A stretch of 16,037 nt of DNA from Candidatus Bipolaricaulia bacterium (GTDB lineage: Bacteria > Bipolaricaulota > Bipolaricaulia > RBG-16-55-9), in contig JBDGQO010000098.1 in assembly GCA_042219045.1 (NCBI GenBank), positions 1-16,037 on the forward strand. The letters run 5' to 3'. This document shows positions 1-8,208 of the stretch, in pieces. Numbering within the stretch: the stretch's first letter is position 1; each line of letters begins with the position of its first letter. The notes under the pieces were generated by a model that searched no databases, was not told where the DNA came from, and saw nothing but the letters and a program-made list of their open reading frames with translations. The translations under genes and the position numbers were made by a program.

Positions 1-250
1 ATTGGAGACTTTACTGTGCTCGTGATTTCGGGCCAATACGCAACGGTCTGCTAGCCCTGCTTCATCCGGTAGCTTCTCAAGGACCTTGACGGGAGTCTGG
101 GAAAGTTTACGACACTTCCTCATGGCGCATAGAAAGGACTTGTCTGGGGTCCTGCCGTCGTTAACTTTACCGGCTTTCCGTTTGAACCGTGAGGACTGGT
201 GGGAAGTGTGAAATTCAGGTTGAAGACTGGGGGAGTCCCACTGAGGTTGT

Positions 251-301
251 CAAGGAGATTGGTATTGCAAGGAGATTGGTATTGCAAGGAGATTGGTATT
301 G
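251..301. repeat. Perfect tandem repeat, 3 x 17 bp (CAAGGAGATTGGTATTG)
   Basis: Identical copies at 251-267, 268-284 and 285-301 with no spacers, in the non-coding region upstream of the GH127 gene. Confidence 0.95.
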
Positions 302-463
302 GTGGTGTCTTCTTCTGGATGGTTCCCGACGGGACGGATCTTTAGTTGCCTGCCGAAATGTCGACTCTGCCGTAACTGCGAACACCGAACTGAAAATGAA
401 ATTGGATGCTTCGCATGGTAATGCTCTCCCAATACCGATCCTCATAGAAATCCTCTTGGTAGG

Positions 464-2431
464 ATGGATGTCACCCGATTGAGCGTTCTGCACTTCGCTC
501 TCGCGACAATTTTTGTTTTCCTTGCCGGTTGCGGTCCTGAAAGCGAGCAAGGGAAAGTCTCGGATTATCCGATCCAGCCGGTGGCGGGCGACCAGGTCCA
601 TTTTACGGACAGCTTCTGGGCGGAACGTGTGGAGACGAATCGCGAGGTAACGTTTCCGCACGTGCTCACCGAACTACGGGAGACGGGGCGCATCAAAAAT
701 CTCCAGCGGGCGGCTGCGAATGAGGGAGAGTACACCACCTCCTATCCCTTCGACGAGACCGATATTTACAAGGCCATCGAAGGGGCCTCCCACATTCTCC
801 GGGAAGAATACGACCCGGCGCTCGATCAGCGCGTCGATTCGCTGATTGCGATTATTGAGAGTGCACAGGAGGAGGACGGGTATCTCTATCCGTATGGTGA
901 GCTGGAAGTGGAGGACCAGGAACAGAAGCAATGGTGGCGCGGCACCGAGCGGTGGGAGAAGGTGGCCCTCCACAGCCACGAGTTCTATAATGCCGGACAT
1001 CTTATCGAAGCGGCGGTGGTGCATTACCGCGCCACGGGTAAGCGGTCGCTACTCGATGTGGCGATCAAGTTTGCGGATCTGATCGAGCAAACGTTCGGGC
1101 CGGAGCCCGACCAGCGGAAAAGCATTCCGGGGCACCCGGAACTGGAGAAGGCCCTCGTGAAGCTGTATCGGGTAACCGGTGAGCGCAAGTACCTGGACCT
1201 GGCCGACTTCTTCCTCGCCGAGCGCGGCAAGCCGAAGTACAACGAAGAGGGCGAGAACGGAACCTACAAGCAGAACCACAAGCCGATTAAAGAACAGAGC
1301 GAGGCGGTGGGCCACGCCGTACGGGCCACATATCTGTACTCGGCGGTCACTGATGTTGGTGTGCTGACCGATGACACTGGCTATTTGGAGGCCTCCCAGC
1401 GGCTCTGGGAGAATGTGGTGAACAAGAAGTTCTACTTGATCGGAGGCCTTGGGGCCGAGGGGGCAGTGGAGGGCTTTGGGCCAAACTATGAGTTGCCCAA
1501 TGCGGAGGCCTACAACGAGACCGACGCCGCCATCGGCAACGTGATGTGGAATTACCGGCTCTTCCGCGAGCACGGGCACGCGAAGTACATCGATGTGCTG
1601 GAGCGGTCCCTATACAACAATGTCCTCGCCGGCATCTCGCTGGAGGGAGACGGCTTTTTCTACCCGAACCCGCTCCGGTCAGACGGGGACTACCAGCGGA
1701 GCGGGTGGTTCACCGTGGCCTGCTGCGTGAGTGGCGTAGTGCGATTTGTTCCCACCGTGTCGAGGTACGTCTACGCGACGCGTAAGGATACGGCCTACGT
1801 CAACCTCTATGCGGGCAGTGTTTCTGAGGTGGATCTGGCTTCAACGTCGGTCGAAATTGAGCAACAGACCGACTATCCCTGGAGCGGGCACGTTCGCCTC
1901 CGCGTACGTCCCGAGCAGTCGACCCGCTTCACCCTGAAGCTTCGCGTGCCAGGTTGGGCCCGGGGCGAGCCGGTGCCGAGCGACCTGTACCGGTACGTGG
2001 ATGCGTCCAGCGCTCGCCCGCAGGTCTCCGTGAACGGGGAGCCTCAATCCCTAGACCTAGAGAAGGGATATGTAACGATTGAGCGGACGTGGTCGGAGGG
2101 GGATATCGTTGAGCTTGATCTTCCCATGGAAGTGCGAACGGTAGCGGCCCACGACAGCGTAGAAGCCGATCGGGGGAAGGTGGCCCTGGAGCGCGGCCCC
2201 ATCGTCTACGCCGCGGAAAGCGTCGACAACGAGGGCTCCGTCCGCAACTACGCCCTGTCTCCAAGTGCCGACCTGAAAGCAAAATATCGCCACAACATGC
2301 TGGAGGGGGTTACGGTCCTAAAGGGGACAGCCTACGAAGGGAAGCAGGAGCGCTCGCTCACCGCGATTCCCTATTATGCGTGGGCCCATCGCGGAGACAG
2401 TCGCATGACGGTCTGGATGGATCGACGCTGA
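464..2431 (+). CDS. GH127 family beta-L-arabinofuranosidase-like lipoprotein (HypBA1/DUF1680 type)
   Basis: 655 aa. Lipobox LAG-C (Cys23). GH127 motifs HEFYNAGHL, GHPELEKALVKLYRVTGE, AVGHAVRATYLY, EGFGPNYELPN, YNETDAAIG, FFYPNPL, WFTVACC, YPWSG, LRVPGWA, RGPIVYAAE and IPYYAWAHRG. Confidence 0.92.
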   Translation: MDVTRLSVLHFALATIFVFLAGCGPESEQGKVSDYPIQPVAGDQVHFTDSFWAERVETNREVTFPHVLTELRETGRIKNLQRAAANEGEYTTSYPFDETDIYKAIEGASHILREEYDPALDQRVDSLIAIIESAQEEDGYLYPYGELEVEDQEQKQWWRGTERWEKVALHSHEFYNAGHLIEAAVVHYRATGKRSLLDVAIKFADLIEQTFGPEPDQRKSIPGHPELEKALVKLYRVTGERKYLDLADFFLAERGKPKYNEEGENGTYKQNHKPIKEQSEAVGHAVRATYLYSAVTDVGVLTDDTGYLEASQRLWENVVNKKFYLIGGLGAEGAVEGFGPNYELPNAEAYNETDAAIGNVMWNYRLFREHGHAKYIDVLERSLYNNVLAGISLEGDGFFYPNPLRSDGDYQRSGWFTVACCVSGVVRFVPTVSRYVYATRKDTAYVNLYAGSVSEVDLASTSVEIEQQTDYPWSGHVRLRVRPEQSTRFTLKLRVPGWARGEPVPSDLYRYVDASSARPQVSVNGEPQSLDLEKGYVTIERTWSEGDIVELDLPMEVRTVAAHDSVEADRGKVALERGPIVYAAESVDNEGSVRNYALSPSADLKAKYRHNMLEGVTVLKGTAYEGKQERSLTAIPYYAWAHRGDSRMTVWMDRR

Positions 2432-2571
2432 GAGAAGGCGCAGTGCCATTCTGGGGGAGTTGAGATCACCGTACGCCCCCCTTCCCGTCTACAGCTACCA
2501 CGGAGAGGAGGATTTCCGTCAGAGGAAGGCCGATCCCCAGGGAGTTCGGTTCTCTCTGAACGTTCTTGAAG

Positions 2572-2607
2572 CAGATTTGCACCCATGAACAGATTTGCAC
2601 CTATGAA
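2572..2607. repeat. 18-bp tandem duplication spanning the GH146 start codon
   Basis: CAGATTTGCACCCATGAA (2572-2589) and CAGATTTGCACCTATGAA (2590-2607), one mismatch. Each copy supplies an in-frame ATG (2585, 2603). Confidence 0.9.
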
Positions 2608-4588
2608 TCCAGAGTGTCGTCTTAGCGTCCGAACCGCTGCGTTCGTCGGTGTCTTCGGGATCCTGTTGCTCGGCCTCTTCCCTGCACAGGCCCAGCCGCT
2701 GGTGACCGACACGACCGACCGGGTGAAGGCGCAGGCCTTTCCCCTAAGCCACGTGCAGCTGCGGGGCGGGCCCTTCGACGAGGCCCAGCGCCGCGACGTG
2801 CAGTACCTGCTCGACCTCGATCCGGATCGGCTTCTCCACAACTTCCGCCGCTTTGCTGGCCTGAAGCCGAAGGCCCCCCGCTACGACGGCTGGGAGTCCT
2901 CGGAGCTTGCGGGGCATACGCTCGGCCACTACCTCTCGGCCATCTCCATGTACGCGGCCACCGCCCAGGATGACCGCATGCAGGAACGGGTCGACTACAT
3001 CGTCGACGAGCTGGCGCGGGTGCAAGCGGCCAACGGGGACGGATACCTCAATTCCATTCCCGGAAGCCGGGAGCTCTTCCGGGAGATTGAGCGAGGCGAG
3101 ATCACGGAGGCCGAAAACTTCTCGCTCAACGGCATCTGGTCCCCCTGGTACACCATCCACAAGCATTTCGCAGGACTGCTCGACGCCTACTGGTTTGCCG
3201 ACAACGAAAAGGCCCTGGAAGTCGCCAAAACGTACGCGGACTGGGTCTACGAGACGACTGACGACCTCACGGCCGCGGAGTGGGAGCATATGCTGCAGAC
3301 CGAGTACGGCGGCATGAGCGAGTCGATGGCCAACCTCTACGAGATTACGGGCGACGAGCGCTACCGCGAACTGAGCCAGGACTTTCACGACCAGGCCGTG
3401 CTCGGCCCCCTGGCCGACCGGGAGCCGATCCTGCCGGGCCTGCACTCCAACACGCAGATCCCGAAGGCCATCAGTGCGGCCCGGCGGTACCAGCTCCTGG
3501 GCGCCGACTCCCTGAAGACCGTCGCGACGTACTTCTGGGAGCGCGTCATCAACCACCACACTTTCGCCCCGGGCGGGCACGGTATCGACGAGTATTTCAG
3601 CGAGCCGGACTCGCTCGCCGATCACCTAACGACCTCCACGATGGAGACGTGCAGCACGTACAATATGCTGCGCCTTACCCGGTACCTGTTCACGCTCGAT
3701 CCCTCGGCCCGCTACATGGACTACTACGAGCGAGGCCTCTACAACCACATCCTGACCTCGCAGGAGCCGAAGCGGGGGATGATGACATACCTGACGTCCT
3801 TGAAGCCGGGGCACTACCTCACCTACTCCACCCCTACACGCTCGTTTTGGTGTTGCGTAGGTACGGGCATGGAGAACCATGTGAAATACGGGGACACGAT
3901 CTACTTCCGCGACGATGGCAATGGCCTCTACGTGAACCTCTTCATCCCCTCAACGGTCGACTGGCCGGAGAAGGGACTCACGGTGCGGCAGGAGACGCGA
4001 TTCCCGGCGGCGGAGCGGACCACCCTCTCGCTCGAGCTGGAGGCGCCGACCGAGATGCCGCTTCGTATCCGCCATCCGCGGTGGGCAGAGGGGTTCTCGG
4101 TGCGGGTGAATGGAGAGCCCGTTGAGGGGACGAGTCAGCCGGGCAGCTACCTAACCGTGCAGCGGCGATGGACCGACGGGGACGAAGTAGAAGTGCGGCT
4201 GCCGATGGAACTGCACGTGGAAGCACTGCCGGACGATGCGCGGAAGGTCGCCGTGCTATACGGCCCTATTGTCCTGGGGGGTGCCCTCGGGACGGAGGAC
4301 ATGCCGGAGGGGGGCGCGTTTGCGCCCGATCGGTCGAAGTTCCTGGACCGGCCGACTCCCGAGGTGCCGAAGCTTCGGGCCGATCCTGAACACGTAACGG
4401 AGTGGATTGAGCCTGTCGACGGACAGCCCCTCACCTTCGAGACGACCGACGTGGGGCGGCCCCACAACGTTACGCTTCGTCCCTTCTACCAGCTGAATCA
4501 CCAGCGGTATACGATCTACTGGGATCTGCTGACCGAGGCGGAGTGGACCCGACACCAGTCCACGCAGGAAACGACGAGTTCCGAGTGA
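2585..4588 (+). CDS. Secreted GH146 (GH127-related) beta-L-arabinofuranosidase
   Basis: 667 aa; the start may be ATG 2603. Sec signal ending AQA-Q. Motifs LDPDRLLHNFR, YDGWE, GHTLGHYLSA, PWYTIHK, EYGGM, HSNTQIPK, METCSTYNML, DYYERGLYNHIL and FWCCVGTGMENH. The Glu/Cys3 zinc-site motifs (ETC, WCC) are intact. Confidence 0.9.
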   Translation: MNRFAPMNPECRLSVRTAAFVGVFGILLLGLFPAQAQPLVTDTTDRVKAQAFPLSHVQLRGGPFDEAQRRDVQYLLDLDPDRLLHNFRRFAGLKPKAPRYDGWESSELAGHTLGHYLSAISMYAATAQDDRMQERVDYIVDELARVQAANGDGYLNSIPGSRELFREIERGEITEAENFSLNGIWSPWYTIHKHFAGLLDAYWFADNEKALEVAKTYADWVYETTDDLTAAEWEHMLQTEYGGMSESMANLYEITGDERYRELSQDFHDQAVLGPLADREPILPGLHSNTQIPKAISAARRYQLLGADSLKTVATYFWERVINHHTFAPGGHGIDEYFSEPDSLADHLTTSTMETCSTYNMLRLTRYLFTLDPSARYMDYYERGLYNHILTSQEPKRGMMTYLTSLKPGHYLTYSTPTRSFWCCVGTGMENHVKYGDTIYFRDDGNGLYVNLFIPSTVDWPEKGLTVRQETRFPAAERTTLSLELEAPTEMPLRIRHPRWAEGFSVRVNGEPVEGTSQPGSYLTVQRRWTDGDEVEVRLPMELHVEALPDDARKVAVLYGPIVLGGALGTEDMPEGGAFAPDRSKFLDRPTPEVPKLRADPEHVTEWIEPVDGQPLTFETTDVGRPHNVTLRPFYQLNHQRYTIYWDLLTEAEWTRHQSTQETTSSE

Positions 4589-4654
4589 GACCGACTCCTG
4601 GTTGGCCAAAGCGCTTCGACCTCCGATTCATCCCCCTCCGATCCCGACCGAATT

Positions 4655-5230
4655 GTGCCGAATCTGAATCCCCGTTTGACTGCACGTTTGCTTCCCGTCC
4701 CTAGGGGATGGGGGATAGGGGTCGTGGTGCTAGTGATGGTGCTCGGGCTGGCTCCAGCTACACAAGGACAGAACTCGGTCTCGAAACAGTCCTCCAAAGA
4801 TTCGGTCCGGAGGGCCCCAGACTTCGCACTGGAGACCATTGAAGAGGACACCGTTCGGCTTCGAGATCACCGGGGCGACGTGGTAGTTCTCAACTTCTGG
4901 GCCACGTGGTGTAGTCCGTGCCGGTACGAGATTCCGGGTTTCATTGAGCTACAGCGCCAGTACGCTGACCAGAGTCTACAGTTTGTAGGGGTGGCGCTGC
5001 AGCGCGGGGCCGGAGTCGATCGGGTGCGCCGGTACGCCGAACACATGGAGATCAACTACCCGGTCGGGGCCGACGACGGAACCATTTCTGAGAAGTACGG
5101 CAGTGTGCAGCGGCTCCCCACCACGTTTGTCATCGGTCCGGACGGCGAAATTCGGAAACGATTTTCGGGCGTCGTGCCGATACAGGTGCTCCGGGCCGGC
5201 CTGGAGCGAATGCTTGGAAATTCCTCGTGA
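4655..5230 (+). CDS. TlpA/ResA-like thiol-disulfide oxidoreductase (redoxin, thioredoxin fold) with N-terminal signal/anchor
   Basis: 191 aa with a GTG start (exact start uncertain). APDFAL...VVVLNFWATWCSPCRYEIP (CxxC at 4910-4921), cis-Pro loop LPTTFVIGPDG, and a hydrophobic N-terminal segment ending ATQG-Q. Confidence 0.9.
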   Translation: MPNLNPRLTARLLPVPRGWGIGVVVLVMVLGLAPATQGQNSVSKQSSKDSVRRAPDFALETIEEDTVRLRDHRGDVVVLNFWATWCSPCRYEIPGFIELQRQYADQSLQFVGVALQRGAGVDRVRRYAEHMEINYPVGADDGTISEKYGSVQRLPTTFVIGPDGEIRKRFSGVVPIQVLRAGLERMLGNSS

Positions 5231-5289
5231 GAGGACAAGGGACGCGTATTCACTATGCCATTTTCTTTCCAACGATTAGCGCTTCGACT

Positions 5290-8043
5290 ATGCAACTCTC
5301 GTTTCCACAGCGCGTCCTCCGGGGCGTGGTAGGACTGCTCGCACTTCACGTATTCCTCCTGGGATCCACCGTCCTGTACGCACAGGAGGACGATGAGGAA
5401 GACATCACACCCACCCTTGGGCTCGACCAGGGAGTCATTCAGCTGGAGACCCCGAACTTCAACCTGGAGCTTGTCGAGGCGTCCCAGACCGTGTCGGCCC
5501 TTCGCCCGAAGAGCGCTGGCGGCTTCGACTTCACGCCGCACGACTGGCTGGACCGGCGCAACGGGGACGGGTTCTTCCATCTCGGCGACCTGACGCTCCG
5601 GCTTCGAACGGGCACCTCGGGCGGCTGGGCGGAGTACTCGACGGCGGCGGACCGTGCCCCCGTGGAGGCCCTGGACGCCTCCGGTTCGGTCCTCGCGGCC
5701 GCCAACCTCGCCCCTACTCTCCCGGACGATATTCCGCTCTCGGTGCGTCGGGACTGGGCTGTGGAGGAGGGAAACCTCGTTCTCCGGTTTGAGCTCGAAA
5801 ACCAGACGGACCAGACGGTGGAGATTGGGGCCCTGGGCATCCCCATGGTCTTCAACAACATCCTGACCGACCGGTCGCTGAAAGAGGCCCACGCCACCAA
5901 CTCGTTCTACGACCCCTACATCGGGCAGGACGCCGGATACCTGCAGGTGACGCGCCTCAACGGGCACGGTCCCGCCCTCGTGGTGGCGCCGGAGGAGAAC
6001 ACGCCGTTCGAGGCATACCGTCCGCTTCTGAGTGACCCCACGAACCGGGGCATCACGTTCGAGGGTTTCTACGAGTGGACCGTGCATAGCAAAGCCTACG
6101 CACAGAACGAGTGGAGCAGCGCGACGCTCTGGAATCCGCCGACCGCGGCGACGCTCGCTCCGGGGGAGCAGCGCACCTACGCTGTTCAGTTCTTAGTCTC
6201 CGAGTCGATCCGGCAGATCGAAGAAACCCTCATCGCCAACGATCGACCAGTGGCTGTCGGCGTTCCTGGGTACGTCCTCCCCAAAAATCAGCGCGGACAG
6301 CTTTTTCTGAAGCACGAGAGCGACGTGCAGTCGATGGAGGTGACGCCGGAGGGGGCCCTTAAGCTGGAGGAGGGAGAAGGCACCGAGAACGGCTGGCAAC
6401 GCTACCGGGTGCACGGACAAGACTGGGGCCGGGCCCGGCTCACGGTGATCTACCAAGACGGGACTGAGCAGTCGGTCAACTACAAGGTGATCAAGCCTGA
6501 GACGCAGGTCCTGGACGACCTCGGGGAGTTCCTCACGACCGAACAGTGGTACAACCCGTCGGACGATCCCTTCAACCGATCGCCCTCTGTTATTAGCTAC
6601 GATTACGGCGAGGACCGCCAGGTCACCCAGGAGGGCCGGGCCTGGATCGCCGGGCTCAGCGACGAGGGCGGTGCAGGATCGTGGCTCGCGGCGATCATGA
6701 AGCAACTCGTACGGCCGGATCCCCAAGAGATCGACAAGCTGGAGCGGTTTGTGGACGAGACGGTGTGGGGCGGCATCCAGTACAGCGAGGGGGAGGAAAA
6801 ATACGCTGTCCGAAAGAGCCTTTTCTACTACGAGCCCGACGAAATGCCGGAGGGCACCTACGTCGATTCGATCGAGTTCGGCGGATGGACGAGTTGGGAC
6901 CAGGAGGAAGCCCGGTCGGTGGGACGGTCGTACAACTATCCCCACGTGGCCGCCGCGTACTGGGTGCTTTACCGCCTGGCCCGCAACCATGATGGGCTCG
7001 TGACCGATCATTCATGGCAATGGTACCTGCGCCGGGCCCAGAAGACCGGGGAGGCGATGGTGGAGCACGCTCCGGCCTATGCCGAGTTCGGGCAGATGGA
7101 GGGGACGGTCTTCCTCCGGATTCTGCGCGACATGCAGCATGAGGGGTGGACCCTGCGTGCACAATCCTTTGAAACGACGATGCGGGGGCGCGCCGAAATC
7201 TGGGAGAAAAAAGCATTTCCCTTCGGCAGCGAGATGCCGTGGGATTCGACGGGACAGGAAGAGGTGTATGCCTGGTGCCGCTACTTCGGGTTTGACCAGA
7301 AGGCCACCGTCACCCTTCGGGCCATCCTGGGGTACATGCCTACGGTGCCACACTGGGGCTACAACGGAAGCGCACGTCGCTACTGGGACTTCATCTACGC
7401 AGGCAAACTCCAGCGCATTGAACGCCAGCTTCACCACTACGGCTCAGGACTCAATTCCATTCCCGTCCTCAGCGAGTACCGCCGCAATCCCGACGACGCG
7501 TACCTGCTGCGCGTCGGGTACGGTGGTGTAATGGGGGCAATCTCGAACATTACCCAGGAAGGCTTCGCGCCGAGCGCTTTTCACTCCTATCCCTCAACCC
7601 TCCGCATCGATCACTACTCCGGGGATAATGGTCCGGGAATCTTCGGCCACGCGGTAAATACAGGCACCTACCTGATGGACCATTCCGAGTTCGGGTGGCT
7701 TGCTTTCGGGGGCGACCGGACCGTCGACGGGAATCAGGTGACCGTAAAGCCGCTTGACTCATCCCGGTCACGCGTATATCTCGCGCCGCTGGGCCTGTGG
7801 TTGCGGCTGGAGGCAGGCACGTTTGAGGAGGTCTCCTACAACTCATCCACAGGCGACGTGCAGGTGACGCTGTCGTCCACCACGCAATACACGCCGACGG
7901 CACGGCTCCGGATCGACCAGCCCGCCTCGGTGGACGAAGTCGGATCGATCTCGCCATCGGGAGAGTTCTCGGAGGAGCGGGGCGCCTACGTGGTTCCGCT
8001 CGACGACAGCCCCACCCAGCTGACACTGGAGACGAGAAACTAG
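5290..8043 (+). CDS. Secreted DUF5695-family protein, putative glycoside hydrolase
   Basis: The ORF is open from GTG 5227, but ATG 5290 gives a typical signal peptide (MQLSFPQRVLRGVVGLLALHVFLLGSTVLYA-Q). Motifs recalled for DUF5695: AGLSDEGGAGSWLAA, RSYNYPHV, GSEMPWDSTGQEEVY, WGYNGSARRYWDF and ERQLHHYGSGLN. The family call is from memory and the activity is inferred from context. Confidence 0.8.
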   Translation: MQLSFPQRVLRGVVGLLALHVFLLGSTVLYAQEDDEEDITPTLGLDQGVIQLETPNFNLELVEASQTVSALRPKSAGGFDFTPHDWLDRRNGDGFFHLGDLTLRLRTGTSGGWAEYSTAADRAPVEALDASGSVLAAANLAPTLPDDIPLSVRRDWAVEEGNLVLRFELENQTDQTVEIGALGIPMVFNNILTDRSLKEAHATNSFYDPYIGQDAGYLQVTRLNGHGPALVVAPEENTPFEAYRPLLSDPTNRGITFEGFYEWTVHSKAYAQNEWSSATLWNPPTAATLAPGEQRTYAVQFLVSESIRQIEETLIANDRPVAVGVPGYVLPKNQRGQLFLKHESDVQSMEVTPEGALKLEEGEGTENGWQRYRVHGQDWGRARLTVIYQDGTEQSVNYKVIKPETQVLDDLGEFLTTEQWYNPSDDPFNRSPSVISYDYGEDRQVTQEGRAWIAGLSDEGGAGSWLAAIMKQLVRPDPQEIDKLERFVDETVWGGIQYSEGEEKYAVRKSLFYYEPDEMPEGTYVDSIEFGGWTSWDQEEARSVGRSYNYPHVAAAYWVLYRLARNHDGLVTDHSWQWYLRRAQKTGEAMVEHAPAYAEFGQMEGTVFLRILRDMQHEGWTLRAQSFETTMRGRAEIWEKKAFPFGSEMPWDSTGQEEVYAWCRYFGFDQKATVTLRAILGYMPTVPHWGYNGSARRYWDFIYAGKLQRIERQLHHYGSGLNSIPVLSEYRRNPDDAYLLRVGYGGVMGAISNITQEGFAPSAFHSYPSTLRIDHYSGDNGPGIFGHAVNTGTYLMDHSEFGWLAFGGDRTVDGNQVTVKPLDSSRSRVYLAPLGLWLRLEAGTFEEVSYNSSTGDVQVTLSSTTQYTPTARLRIDQPASVDEVGSISPSGEFSEERGAYVVPLDDSPTQLTLETRN

Positions 8044-8095
8044 CAGGTGTGGGCAGAAGAGAGTGCGTAGGTGTTTGAAATCAACCAGTGACCTC

Positions 8096-8208
8096 GTGGA
8101 CAGCAACCGTAGACGATCCTTCGTGGGCCCCCTGAACGCCGAGCCGTCCGCGGCCGCGCCCCGGCCCCTCGTCCTCTGTCTCGTCTGGGCCCTCGTGGGC
8201 CTTTGGGG
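8096..8208 (+). other. Probable out-of-frame signal-peptide segment of the GH51 gene
   Basis: The frame of ORF 8063..8671 reads ...PRPLVLCLVWALVGLW. One extra G in GGGG (8205-8208) would join it to GQDAVG-Q of the GH51 frame. Candidate GTG starts are 8063, 8096 and 8123. Confidence 0.6.

Noticed and set aside
1..123. Minus-strand open frame from ATG at 123 running off the window (MRKCRKLSQTPVKVLEK...)
   Set aside because: Short, no recognisable motif, and cannot be evaluated at the window edge.
251..301. CRISPR array
   Set aside because: The units are 17 bp, directly adjacent with no spacers, and there are no cas genes.
189..661. ORFs 189..482 (+), 215..661 (-) and 250..432 (-)
   Set aside because: No protein motifs. 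They run through the 17-bp repeat or overlap the GH127 gene.
227..2460. Shared 10-mer CTGGGGGAGT at 227-236 and 2451-2460, upstream of both cysteine glycosidase genes
   Set aside because: Short, low-complexity and non-palindromic, so compatible with chance.
5227..5289. GTG 5227 as the DUF5695 start (GTGA overlap with the TlpA stop)
   Set aside because: Possible translational coupling, but ATG 5290 yields a cleaner signal peptide, so it was preferred.
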